Origin: Trichoplax sp. H2 | Lineage: Eukaryota | Reading direction: 5' to 3' | Assembly (NCBI GenBank): GCA_003344405.1 | Contig: NOWV01000107.1 | Span: 124,001-188,000 of the forward strand | Length of the DNA: 64,000 bases | Shown here: one piece after another, positions 26,401 to 41,400 of the stretch | Layout of the letters: the number at the start of each line of letters is the position of its first letter | Position numbering within the stretch: the first letter of the stretch is position 1 | Notes under the pieces: generated by a model | Database searches by the model: none | Told to the model about the DNA's origin: nothing | What the model saw: only the letters and a program-made list of their open reading frames with translations | Position numbers and translations under genes: made by a program

Positions 26401-29400
26401 AGTTATCTCGTCTATTATAAATTGACCAATTTAATACTATATAGAGCCCCTATCTGTACAGGTTAAACATAGTCTAATCCTATTAAATTTACCGTATCAG
26501 GATTAAATTAATCAATTCTTAATAATAGTTTAACAAGCACATATTAGGCTATCCTACTAAGATATTTCCTCTAAACTTAGAAATTGTACTTTCAACCTTA
26601 AAATCCTTGGAGGCGATAGATAAAATCTTGTTAAACTAGTTGGTAATTACTTTCTCAGTCTATCTAGTTCTAAATTAAGGATTACTAACATATCAACTGT
26701 TAACCACTAATGTTACAATTAAGGTGGTCGTAAACATTTCTGAGATATAACATACGTGTTTACAGAACGCAACATAGAAATAAAGTACATGTCACGAAGA
26801 TAGCTTTCATGACAGCCTAGCTTAGTTTACGATTCTCTTGCAAAGATGTAACTATTCAAGGTCCAAAAATGATTGTCAGGAGATAAATATAAAATTGTTG
26901 CGATCAAAGTCAAAAGGCTATCATTTTAGAGTTAAATTAATGATAGTACTTACATAGATCTTACATATTCGCATTCAGCAAATTGGAGACGACGCAATTT
27001 ATCAATCTGATTCATTTGTAATTCTCTACAGGTAAAAATAGAAAGATGTTGTTATTGATGCAATTAACTAAAGCATCTAGAAATATCAATATGCTTACAT
27101 GTACATTAACTTTGTCCCGTTACAAAAATGGTTGGGAATTCGTTTTAATCGATTGTAACCTAGACCTCTAGATTGATAGTATGGCATTGAAAGTTAAAAA
27201 TTAAAGTTAGTAGGTGGCGAAAGTTATCTAAATATTATGCCATTTTTCATCTATTTCATGTACTTGTATTTATAAAATACGATTAAACGCCTAAATGTGA
27301 GTATTAGGTATTATAACAATTGCCTATTATACATAATAACCAGCAAAAGCAGGTATTTTCCATAGCTGTAACATAATGTATATGTAACGGCCACTAACAT
27401 ATATAACTGGTAATGTATAGTACGTGAAGGTATTCATTGACTTTTGTAATGTAACTTAGTATTGTGATTGTAGACTGTTAGCCATGTTTAGTATAATGTA
27501 CGGTAGATATTTATCCTAAGAGATATTTGGTAGCTATAACTATAGACTATAGTGGTAGAGACTCTATGCTAGAGTATACATGACTATATACAGTAAGCTG
27601 TTGAGTTACTAATAAGGCTATAGGTAAAAATAAAACTATAAATCATATATTAGGATATGGTTAATTCATTGTACTTTGGCTGGTGTGAATAATGTCTACG
27701 TAAGTACTGTAGTCGTATTCATATTGGATTAATGATGGTCCGCAGTAGAATAGTCTTACTAAGAATAATTTAACTATGTGTAAAATAAGGTAAAAGGTTG
27801 CTATGCGAATTGTAGCTGCGAATGCTACGGAAAGTATAAAAGCATGCAACTTTAGATTATTCTGTTAGTTCGTTGTAGAAGTCTTTAGTAGTGTATTCGG
27901 CTAGAGTAGAGCTGTGTATAGTTAATCTTTGTATAAGATTCAATAAAGCCATTATTTTTCTAAAATTTGGAATCTCGTGATTGGTATATATCACAATTTT
28001 AAATTAAATTTAAGAGTTGAATATGATTCTAATTTTAGCCTAAACATCTACTCTGAAATAGTTTTAACGGTCGAATTAATAACTATCTTTAAAATCAAGT
28101 CTAACTTACAGTCGATATAATAATGGAAAGTTGGAAAATAGTCCATCTTGAAGTTTCTGGATAATATTCCCTTCAAGATAGCTAGGAGATGATATGAATG
28201 CAACATGTAGCTAGGCTAAGTTTTAAATAACGATATCCTACTTGATAACAAAATAGTACTGATGTACGGAATATTACTGTCTTCTATGGCTTACAGATTC
28301 CTTATCTCTATCATTTTGGATTTTTGTGTATTAAGTAGTATGGTGATGTAGTTGTAGCTAATAAGGCTAAATTTAAGCATAGATGTGGACAAGATTTACG
28401 TACGCTCGTAGTTCATAAGAAAAGAAATGAGGTAGGCAATTCACATTAAAAGTGAGAATTAACATTTCATATTTTTGACTTACACTATACGCAATAATTT
28501 GAGCTCGGTAAATACCGCAAAATCAACTGAAGTTAGTCCATTAATAGTCAAATCCCTGATTGAACATAGTAAAATATTTCGATAGATTGATTCGCTACCG
28601 ATATTAATTCAATATTTATTTTAGAGGAAGTATTCATAATGAGTTATCAATACGACAACTGTTTTATATACTACTCAGTCATTATGAAGACATATCTTAA
28701 TAAATATACTTAAGTATTCTCGACAATGATTACAAACATAATTTTTAAGCAATTATTTCATGATGATTCTCACAAATATGTCACTTTTTGTAAGTTCTGG
28801 AACAAATTTTCGGGCAACGAAGTAAGAAAATTGATTCTAAAATGACTAACAGAATGAGAAATTTAATTACTTTCTTCCATTATTTTTAACTTGAGTAACA
28901 TATAAACGTTTGCATGATTTATATTTCGTAATATAGGTTAATTTTTAGAATTCTCCTTCAAAATTTTGAATTGAGAAAGTAATTGTAATGTATATATAAA
29001 AGTATAGAAGATACATTATAAGTGTTGCAATATAAATCTTTACCACCGTAATTAATTTAGTATTCTAATTACAGTAGACTTTCTGTCGTGGGTTGTCACA
29101 ATTTTGCCTTTGCGAGTGGGCTACAGTATACTAATTCAGTAGACTACTTATACCCTGAAATCGAAGGAGTTCTATAGTCGAGGATAAATTTTCATCACAC
29201 AAGATTATTCTAGCTAGAATTAATATAGTCTATGTTTATTTGGTATTTGGCCGTATATTTCTTATACCGTAGAATTAAGGAACTGGACAGTTAATTGGCC
29301 GATAGTCCTCTCTATACCCTCACCATTAATCGGTGATTAACATTGTGTAAACGAGCTATCTAATTACTAAGTGCAATTTCGTGACACGGATATATTGTAA

Positions 29401-32400
29401 ATCGGATTGGTTTTTGTGGATTATGAATTATTGTTGTTGGATAGTCATAATTTTTGAAAGCATTGCAAATTGTAACAAGCAACTTAGTCGATATGAGAAT
29501 TTAGTTATTGTAATATTTTTATTTTAAAGAGGACTAGTTTTATAGCAATATGCTCACTAGGATAACAAATTTTGTTTATAAATTGATTATGGAAGTTCTA
29601 TTAGTTTGTCATAAAGTTCGATATAATGTGAACCCGATTGTTTTATCTGAGTTCTAGTTTAAAGGCTTTAGTTTGTATTAGTTCTTTCGTTATACGTTGT
29701 ATATCGCAGTTAATGATTGTAGCCGGATTTGATTGTTATCAAATTATGGTCATATTATTGACTGAGTGCCTTAATGTCCAGGAGTCTATCGTCAGAGCTG
29801 TTATGTGAGGTTAATTACTAGAATAATTTGAATAGTGATTATTCTTTACTTTAATACAACCTACTACTCTACATAGCATATAAAAAGTGATGTGGTTTGA
29901 ATATTGAGTAGTTAAAAGTTCTTAAGTAAAGAGAAAAAATGCTGAAAAGAAATGACTCTGTAATTGTAAGTAATTCTTATCGGTTTTAATTTAGTGCTAT
30001 TTTTGTCGTTATCATTAAAATCGGGAATAAAGTGGCATTTTCCCCTGTTTTAAGTTGATTCAAAAGTCTAATTTCTGTAATTTAGCAAAGTTATAAAATG
30101 ACTAGAATATGCAATTAATTTGTGAAATCACTCGTGTTTGTGCTCTACATTTAGTTACGATTGTATTTACCATGTTCATTGAAAATAACCTAGAAATAGA
30201 ACGAGTTTGTGATGTTATGTGTAATCTTTAAACTGCAACTAATCCAAATCATCTCAAATCTAATTTTGTAAGCCTTTCAATGACTTAAGATATTTGAGAA
30301 TTGTTCCCAAATGTAACTATTTTTAATGTAAGCAATCGAAGTAAGTCACTAACAAATAAAAGTTTTGACGCAATATGGAGCAGTTTGACATTGCAGCTAC
30401 GATTGAAAATCCACGAGACTATTCAATCCTATGCGTGGTAAAAAATTCAAGTATAGTATGCGAAATATCACCAGCGAGGCACTCTGCGTTGAGCTGGTCT
30501 TGGATGTCAAGACTGAACTACATAATAAATGCTATTTTAAACTATGCCCGCTATGGGTGGGTTTAGCCTTTTTAAGACTAGTTTATACTGTAACGTAGAG
30601 TTATTAAATCGAAATTTTTAGGTTTAGTCATGTTGTTGCAAGTTGATCGGATTTAAAGAAATATTTACATGAATTGTAGGTTGGGTATATCTTTGAAAAC
30701 TTCTGAGTTCAGTTCTTTGATATTGTTCTTGTTGAAAGCTCTAAGATGAAAATCAAAAATTGATCCTTGCAATTAATTACACAATTAGTGGAGTTATTTT
30801 ACATATAACGAACAAGTGATATTTATAGAATGTACAAATGGACTCGTATTCTTGCTAAAATAAATCAATGATAAAAATTCCATCAGTTTTTGCTTGAAAT
30901 GCTACAGAAAAATCGATTTCAGCTACTTAATGCTACTAAATAACTAAGCTAAACTCGAAGTAAATTAGAAAATGCTTAACACTATCAGTAATTAAGGTGG
31001 AGTGGAAGAAAACTTCTTCATAGTGCTATAGCCAGAATTTAAAATCGAGCGACGGTAACGTTGAAAAGAACTAATCTTACAATTGATTTAGTGTTGTTCC
31101 TTTAAATGCCTTGATATTATCGATAGCCAATTTATTTCCATTTAGATTCCTAATTATAGGCATAGAGATAAGCTTTGCGCTTTCATTTATCTTTCTAGAT
31201 TTAGCACTATGATAGCAACGTAATTACAATATGACTTTAGAGCTGAAACGAACATTGTAGCCTCGGCCCAAGGTTTTCGTTTAACAGTGTTTACTTCGTG
31301 CTTCAATACTTGCAACTGGTTCATTTTTAAATCTCTAAATATCAGATACATTTTATATATTAATGTACACAGAAGTGGACATAATAATAATATAATTGAG
31401 TTAATTAAATATAAAAACCATGGTCATAGAATAAATTCATAATGGAGTATTCTACTTACATATATCTTAATCTATGTTGATTGTTAAAAATTCGTAGATC
31501 AATTTCACGAAGACGATTTCCGTAAATATGGCTGTAAATGTAAATAGGGAATCATTAATTGGAATGATTTTATGTAAACTATTAATTAGCGTGTCGTCAG
31601 TGCAGATAGATCAAATTTAAAGTGATTTAGAATTAAGTTTTATAAATAAATGGCAGTTCATAGTTTAAAAGGTAGGATAGTTCCTATTATTATCACCAAA
31701 TATTATTCAGTCTATCTGGTAATTATATTCATTCATTTGAGTTAAGTCCTTTGCTTGTTTAAATATTTTTATTTTCTATTACATGGGTAAGTTAATTACT
31801 GTATTTGTTAAATATTTATTTTGTGTAAAAAGTAGACATTAGATAGGTTAAACCAGCTGAATTTCTTTAGTTAGTAAGCATCTCTATGTTACGTAACAGG
31901 TGATAGTAAAACGGACTATGTATGAGCAGTACCTGTATAAGCACCTTAAGTATAGCGGTGTAAAAGGCAGAAGGGAATTTGTAACATTAGTTACGAGCAA
32001 TTTGCGAAATCCGGCATTTTGCAAAATGCCGGAAATGCCTGATTTCGCAGATTGCCGGTAGCCAATGTTAATACGCAAAAATGAACATAAACGTATTCCA
32101 AGTCTATTTTACCACAGACTTTTAAATAGAATGCATGAGTATGAACGGTATACAGCACTTGGTGTCTATCGGCATCAATTTATACGTATCTACAACTTTT
32201 TCTGACTTTCAAATTACTATAACGTACATCTGTCAATATCTCGACAGTACATTACAAATTATTATCTTTCAATGGTAAATTGCTAGACGATAGAATTTCA
32301 GAGCCATCATCCTTTCTTTACTCTTATAGTGAAGATACTACAGTACCGTCATTACCACATTCAATCTAATACTGTTACCGCATTTATTCAAAAATTCGTC

Positions 32401-35400
32401 ATTTTACAAAATCACTAGGCGTACTACGGTAAATTACGATATTCCACAATAGTCCATTTACGTAATTCGCAACAACTCGAGTCCTTGATGGTTTTACTAA
32501 TTAAGATGGTTTAAGTGACAGATTATGAACTTGTACGTCAATTCGAGCTATGACTATAGTAGTTACATCCAGAGCTCTTTACTTTATAGGTCAGAAATCT
32601 ACTACGGAGGGTAATAGATTTAGATTATGTTACTGTTATAATGGTAGCCACTATGTATTAAGATTGAGAGATTTTGCATGAAGCCAATAGCGAAAATGAA
32701 GAAGAGTTATCAGCAAATAATGATACATGTAAACAAGGAATTTAATACGGAATCTTACAGTTGTGATAGAAAGACTGAGCTAGCAAACATCTTTTCCGAC
32801 AAGGTAGTGATGTAGTTAAAGTCGAAATAGCTGTAAAGAGGTGAAAATATTGCGAATATGTTATAGTTAAGTGCTGACGGAGAGTTCATAAAAATTACTT
32901 CAAGCCTTTGAATTGTACACCATGTTAATTAATGCTTATTTCTCTTATTTATAATTAATCATACACGATATTTAAATTCGGCAAATCATTAAAAGCTGCT
33001 TCTTCGATGGTCGATATGGAATTTGAGGATAGATTTCTACATTTTTCGTTAGATCAAGAGAGCCATGATAAATGATTTTGAATGATTACATTTGCAAAAA
33101 TGCCATTTAAAATCGTTTAATTATACCAGTATATAAAGCAATTCAGTATACGGATGTACTTACAAATACGCCAAATTCAAAAGCGAATTAAATTGATTGG
33201 AAACAAGAGTCTTAATCTTATTCCGTGCTAATGATCTATATTGTCAATAATACAACACTTCTAGTTTTATTTCTAACAACGGTAAAAGCAAGTTTTGCCG
33301 TAATCTTTTATATATTGGCTAGGTCAAGGAAGCTTCATTAAACTATATTTCTTACCATATCAGGCATTACTTAATTTTTATCTAATATAAAGTATCTTAA
33401 ATAAAATCATTTTTGCAAATATCAAAATTTGATGTAAACTTGAAAATCAAGAGACTTAATAATTAGTCGGTTAGGACGATGAGCTTTTTAAGACAGCCAC
33501 TTATCGCCAATAGTATACATGAAAAGTAGACAGTAATTTTCCTAATTCTTATTTACTTGATCAACTTTAATACCTCGTTAGCTTTAATGGGCTACTTACA
33601 GCGATCTCAATGCAGGTAACATATTAAAGCTATATGGCTCCACTATTTTGATTAAATTTGCTTCTAGATGTCTATTAATATCAATTAAGTTAAGTTACCT
33701 TTTTATCGAACGATAAATGGTGCTCATACTATTAAACAAATCTGTTTTGTTAACATTATAATCATATCGATTAATAAATGGTCTTCAGATGAAGTTTATT
33801 ATTTGCGTACTGACTTACAAGTCTATAAGAGATGAAAGAAAGGGAAAACTTGTATTTCTTACGGCAGAAATATTATTAAGGTTAAGATATCTATCGATAG
33901 ATCATACCGATTAGATTCGATTCTTCGTTTACTATAGCCATTACTTGGCTAAATAAACGTTGAATTATTTTCTTTATTCTTAAATCAAGCTGCTAAATAC
34001 TCACAAATACATTAAATCAGACAACCCTTTGAATTTGTGCCTTTCTAATCTGAATGCCTCAGGTCCAACATGGCTCAAATCGCTAAGATGAAACGTATCA
34101 AAAATTTAAAATAATGTATAGCTAGGATTTCATACGAAGTCAATAAAACTAGATTTTTTAATACCATGTTTATGTTAACGTCATAAATTTGTTTTCCTAA
34201 CTAACTTTATAGTTTAACTGTTGCTTTACTTATGCCTACAGATATTTTAACTTTGGATGATGGCTGAATGAATAGTTAGAATGAATGCGGCATGCAGCAA
34301 TGTTCCTAGATGAAATAAAATAACAAAATATGGACATAGTTATAGTGTGAGATTACCAATTAATCTTATCAGGTATTGTTCACTTCATGTAAAAATGTTG
34401 TTTTATATTTGCAGCTCATGATCGTGAGCTATTATATTATTGGCGACAATACCGGCAGTAACTATTATTTATTAGCTATGGAACTAACAAAGAATCCAGG
34501 TTGGAAAGTTGTGATAACGCTGCTCCTCCATCGTCTGCTAAATTCATTGAGGAAGCCTCCCTAGGTGTAATTATTAACGTTCGTATATAAAGTAAAAGAA
34601 GATTATTCAAGTTAGTAAATGTTTCCTTACCTGTCGTATAGTAGCTTATTTTGCAAGCTATTATGAACCGTGCATATAAGGTAAGCAATTTTTATTATTG
34701 TAATTAATGATCATAAATTATAATGGCTTACAGAAATTCAATGTTGCGGAAAACTAGGAGAGAATCTTCCTTTAACGTAGGTACGTATGTATATTTTAAA
34801 CTCCTGTAGACAGCAAATAAGGTACAAACGCATTAGAATCTTAATAGAATCAAATGGACACTTTATAATAACCAATAGTGTCTTAACAATGTTATGCTCG
34901 GTATGCTATATACGATTTAGTAAGCTATGTGATTAGTCACCATATTCACAATTATGTCTTTCTGTAGTTATATTTACAAGTATTATGAGCTATAGCTATA
35001 AATGATGCAAGATATCATTCACATAATTGTATTATTGTAACAAAGATCAATTTAGAGAATACTATGTTCTGTATGTGTTATATAGAGAGGAGTGTTAGTC
35101 TTAACGGTGAATAAATATCTAATTTTTATTCTGAAGTCTACATTTACAATTTTTTTAATTCCGGCAGCGGACTTGCTGTGAGCAGTGGTGATATCGATGA
35201 GATTAAATTGCTTTTCAAGGATCTAAGTTATAAATACATTAGTATAAAGTTTTGAAATTGCTAAGCACTACGTATAATAAAGTTCTTTCACGATAATTCG
35301 TACCGTGCTTAGCAAATAAATAAGAAAGCTATACAGAGTGGAAGCTTACAAGCTAGTTAAACTTCGCATTATTGATAAAGTTGACGCATTAATGTGAGTA

Positions 35401-38400
35401 ATGAAATTTTTATCGGCTCTCCTGAAATACGAAAGTCAATTTGGTAATTGATTAATTGCTTTACTTGTACAATGTCAGCGTTAATGGGTGAGATTCCATT
35501 AAATTTAGCTCATTTAGATATTGACAGTATCGTAGCATGATGTATATAGGAGTATACAACTTTACATAGTGCTTAACTTACAAGGTTTTTAAGGAATTGG
35601 AGCAATTGCTCAGGGCGTCAACGTTGAGTTTCTCTAATCGATTCATCTCCAGAAATCTGTTTACGTATGATAGCAATTTCCGCTTATTAATGGTAGTATG
35701 TGTGATATATATGCCAATATAGCAGCGATATCAATTTTTACAGAAGGTTCTTACAGTTATTTTGACACTCATTTTATAACGTACAATCAATTATAAATTT
35801 TTAAATTATTTTGAACAGTGTTAGAGCTGACAAATTAAGATTATTTGGATAGGAAAACAACATTCTCTAAATTTTCAAAATAGAATAAGGTAAGTTCTTT
35901 GCTTTTCGAGTATTGTATAATAAGTACTAGATAAATAGTGCGTGTATTTCGAAGGTGGAACGTCGCACTTACATCTAGAAATAATAAGGGCAAAGTGCAG
36001 GAGAAAGAGTAACAAAATACAGCTAAAGCTAAAAGTAGCGCAGCTATCAAACGGAACTTATTAAATCGACCTTCTTTATGCCGCTCGTATAAATTATTCC
36101 ATATATATATATAAATCGAATATATCAAAGGTGAACAATTTCTATTTTTCTTAATTGTTAGGTTAATGCCTTACATATATTTTAGCTGTCTTGGACCATT
36201 GCAGATGCTTTCATCAATTTCTCGAAAGGTGTTTCTATTCAAATTTCTATAATATTTTGCAAAAGAAAATTAATCATAAATTACGACCCATTATCATTTT
36301 AAATGATACTAGGTTACACGATAGAACTAATCTATTAGCGGCACTTATAAAGACGTAATTAGGATAAAAGTTACATTTCTTGCAGTGAAACAAGATTGGA
36401 AAAAACTCCTAGAGGAAATTGCTGTATTCTGTTGTCGTTTAAATCTCTACGTAAGAAAAATTTTGTCGTTTTTATAATTATTATCAATTTTTTAATCTTA
36501 CTGACTCAGCTGAGTATAACTTGGCTATACGAGCTCGTATGATTGTATTCACAATCGAAACCTTTTCTTTCAAAGAATTTATTTTTGTCGATTTGATTTT
36601 AAAAGTAAGCTGTGATTTTATCAGATATGGTACAGCAGTACTTTACAATCTAAAAAATCATGATTAGGATAACTTACAGCTTTACTAAAGAAATTAATCC
36701 GTAAAATGTCTGATTGCTGAGTGCTTTCAGGGCATTAGAAGATAGGATCCTAAAATCAGTAAATACCTTAGCTCTTTTTTTTAGCAGATGTTTTAATTAT
36801 GAGAGCATTGATAATTAATCATAAATTATTTCGGCAAGGTGAGAGTACATGATAAATGAGTGTTTATACATTACTGATTAATTGTTATTATATTGTTGAA
36901 AATGATGTTCTAAATGTTACAATATTGTATAAATATTTATGATTGTCAAAGATAGTTCTAAAGAATTTATGTAGATGAGCTTGTTTTCCATGTTTATGAA
37001 ATTTTAAATTATTTGCTTTCTTACAAAGTTTTTAAGTTGCTTAGCTCTTTAAATGCTCCGTCACAAATAGTTTGGATGCCGCAATTCTCAGCTTTGCTGA
37101 TTATTAGATATAAACAAGTCGAATAGTGCTGATGAGATTTATTTTAAATTATGAATGTAAAGTATCAGTTAAATAGAAATAATCAAAGCTAAAGATTATT
37201 ACAGATAATTCAGACGAGGCAATTTTGAGAATACTCCACAGTTGAGGTAACGCTGTCTTCTACTAGCGATGTTGCTATCAAATAATAAATCAATCTTATT
37301 TATTTCGTTATAATTCTTTCGCGCGATCTATTGTAATATCTATTAAAGATATTCTTGGCTAATTTAATGATTGAAACATGGCTGTATTAGCTTTGCGGAA
37401 AAATAGCTCTATACGGCAGTTGGATAGTTATATCTTCTATGTTAACAGCATTCTTATAAATATATAATCATTATAATATAACTCTAGTAACAAAGAGATA
37501 GCTGAGTATCATGAATTGCCAGCTAATATCATTTTATCAGGATAAATTTTTATTTCTCGGAACTAACAGTGATTTCAAGGAAGGCATTTCATGAAATAAT
37601 CCTCGGGCAAGATCGTTGATGTCAGTGTACGCTAGATTACTAAAAGCAAAAAAGTAACCTGTTTTATTAATTTTTTAATATATATTAATGGAGCTATCTG
37701 ATATTGAGGTGTACATATATAATTTTGCCATCACATTTTGATTAATATCACCTCGATACTGTACTAACATAGTTGTGATGTTTTTCATGTCTGAAAAGAA
37801 ATTTCTCTCAAATGCTGTGATTGGGTTTCCTTGCAAGTTTCTGAACAAATAATAACATACTCGTATAAGTTTTAATTTTTTAATTCTCAGATGATCAAGG
37901 GATTTTTGTGCGGTTTAATGATAACCTGAAATTTCTAGTTAGTTTTAGTTATTCGGTATTATTAAGCTAAATAGTATATTGACTAATACACATATGCTCA
38001 GTTCTTAGTTTATGAAGTATGTTAAATATTTTCTGTTCTAAGTAAGTTTAATCAAGGATATAACATAGACACATAGAGTATTAAAGAATTTGTTAATACA
38101 GTACTTACAAATTTTGCAGGAATTTCAAATTTTGAAGAGTTTGACGATTTATGCTTCGAATTTTGTTCGATGATAATTCTCTACCATAAAGAAGATAGAA
38201 ATAGAGCTGTCAATTGCCCAGTAAAAATGGTAAAAGAATCTATGGAAGTAGATAAGCTCACATGGAATTCAAGCTTAGTAGATTGGAAAATGTTCCATTT
38301 TCAATTACTCGAATATGAGAGTTTCTTGCATATCTGGCATAATTTCAGATAATTTGTTTACAAAATATAAAAATACAGAGATAAGACACATTTATTCATC

Positions 38401-41400
38401 ATAAAATAGTAATCCTGGAAAAAATGCAATAATGAAATAGTATAAATTTTAAAAGAAAGGTATGATACTCTTGTCACTTATTTACGTACAATCCCTTTAA
38501 ATTTCTTAATGGCTTAAAAATTTTTCTTTCCAGTGAGATTAAGAATGTTGACCTTATAGAACTACAATTTCAACCATTGCGTCATTATTTATTATATTTT
38601 TACAATGTATTTCTGTAATGTAAACCTGCTACGCTTTATAGCACTATAAAATCTAAGAAATAAAGTATTGTAAGTAATTAATGGGTTATTGCAATTCGAT
38701 TATAATTGGCCAGTTGTATGTAATGCATGATAAGCAACGTAGTGATAGATATTTTAATGCAGTAGGTTACGATAATGTAAACGTTATATTCTGTTATTTG
38801 AAATAAAGAAAAATTAGATTATGTGAAGGACCATGAAAATGATTCCGGACATACAGATCTATTAGTTGCGGAGTGTGTTCGAAGACACCTTGAGGTAATT
38901 GAGAGATTGGATTTTCGGCGATTGATCTAAATCGTATCATTAATTTAAAATTTATTAAAATTAAATAAAAAATTAAAAGAAATCTACATACAGCTTTTCA
39001 AGGTTCACTAATCCTCTGAAGGCATCTTTACTGATGGTGTTAATAAAATTTCGATTAAGATATCTAAAAAAAGATCAAGATAGTATAATGTCAATAACTT
39101 GGTAAAAATTTGCTAGTTAGCAATATTGCCTAAGATATCTAAAGTTATAGACACATAAGAATCATGCTGATTGAATTTATTTGTATTCCGTAAGGATGGT
39201 AATGCGATGTAAGGAATAGTGTCAAATTAATTTACGAGACATTCTGTTGAGAGTATCTGACTTTCAATAATAATATTACGATTAGTGCTAAATGAAGATA
39301 GAATGAATTTAACAGTAACAATGGCATTTGTTTGTATTGCAAGATGAATTAAATAAATATGTTCCATATTAACTAGTAAATTAGGTTTGATGATATCAAT
39401 GCGTGTTCGATTCTATTGTCTTTCAGTTTTCTTAATGATTTATAATGGTATATGCCTAAGGTCTGCATAAGGCTAGAAATTGTTCTCGTTATTGAACGAA
39501 AATGAATGTCAGTTGTAGACTTTAGAATATTTTATTCATTATTTTTAGCAAATATGCGTTTAGATATTCATTAATATACAGTAAAAATTTTAATTTAGGG
39601 ATTGCTACAAAATCAAGATAAGAGGAAAAATATACTTTCGGAATTGATTCCGCTAGCTTCGATATTAACAAGGTATAAGAAATATTTGATGTTTATGAAT
39701 TTGCAAGATAGAATTTTCTGTTATATGCATTAATGGTATATTGTTCAGCTTTAAGGCTAGGATCCTAAGCTTTAAGTAATATTTAGGTGATGAAACATCT
39801 ATTATGTACTTTGTTTATTACTTACAAAAATCGTAAAACCTTCAAATTCTTGAACGTATCATCATAGATCGTTGTTAGAAAGTTCGTAGTTAAGTCTCTG
39901 AATAGAGTCGTAAGTTACCAGTAATAGCACACAGAAACTAGTCAGTTATCACATATAATTGATTTAGAATAGCCGAGATCAATTTAGTTAGCGCTTACAG
40001 ATGCCTTAGATTTGGTAGATTTTTGAATACTTCTGGATTTAGATTTTCACTAAAAATCCGGTTCGTGGTTAGTTGACTACAGCAGAGGTAGAGTATATTG
40101 TTAATAATCTCTTGTCACTATCAATTATTAATACAATCTTAAATGAAAGTTAATAGAATGCTTGCGATTACATTTGTAATTATGATTCCTTCTAGTAAAC
40201 GCAAAAATATTAAACTTGACGGGTATGGTTAGGACTATTACATCGGATAATTCTAATACTGAAGATGCTATATGGGCAAAAATATTTTACCTTTACAATC
40301 CCTACTTTTAGGTTAGCTGTATATCGGTACTTATGATGTTCTTTAAATATTATTAATATCGTAACTGACTTAATTATAAGTTATTAGAAGATAGCCAGCA
40401 ATAGCAGTTTAGCTAAAAGGTTTCACAGACAATCAAATGGACTTACACAAAAGAAATCCATGGTTGAAGAATTGATGTATCGATTGGAAATTGTGCAAGA
40501 TAATTCATCACTATTTGTCTGATAAGATATGTAGGATAAAATACGTCAGATGAGTATTTTAATTTTAATGAATATAATTTTCATTATTAACTGTCTTGTT
40601 ACGATAAGAAGTAAGCTGCACTTTAGATAAACAGAAGATCAAAATAGAACTAAATTTTTATTTTTACAGCACTATAATTTTATAAGGTATCAGTAATAAA
40701 TCGAAATATTTGTGTGGTATTGTTACAGTGTTAAATACTGTATTACAGTAGAAATAACTATGTTAGGATAATTCTGTTAGACTATCCTTATTTAGTTAAA
40801 TTCTAATTTGGTTATACTGTGTTTTAATATAGCACTGACTTTTTATGACAGTGACACTTATACACATACTGAAATTAATAGTTATAATAGGGAATGCAAA
40901 TCATCTGCTTACAGTTCGAATCATTGTGATTGTAATTTACTTATGGTAGACTGTAAATTATCATGGAAATGTTCCGTGATAGGACATATCGTAATCTGAC
41001 TATTCTGTATTAGTCATTATATGTCTATTTTCGTAAATACTGTTGTCTGCATTAAGGGAGCAGTAGCTAAAATTAATATCTAATTCAGTAAATGATTCTA
41101 ATGTTAATTGTATTAACTATGACTCATGAACTATTGAGGAATAGTATATAAATGCAGTATATCNNNNNNNNNNNNNNNNNNNNGTCTGCTAGTAGAGCAA
41201 AAGTGTTTGTGATAGTGCAGATATCGTTCCTTGATACGTGGTTCAAGGAATTGACTTATTGATCGTATATTGCGTTATCTTGTTGCAAAGCTGTTTTGTG
41301 ACAGGTATTAATAACAAGTTTTTAGCTTAGTATATTCTCCTTGATAGCTAATCTACTGCACAACTGTATATCGGTAAATTAATTTAGTCTAAGAAGTATA

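Noticed and set aside
25930-26700. Compositionally distinct intronic stretch, possible transposon relic
   Set aside because: No terminal repeats, TSD, coding motif or second copy found by eye.
29340-29810. Possible further decayed LTR (ends ..AGAGCTGTTATGTGAG)
   Set aside because: Only weak terminal similarity; no TSD or clear boundaries.
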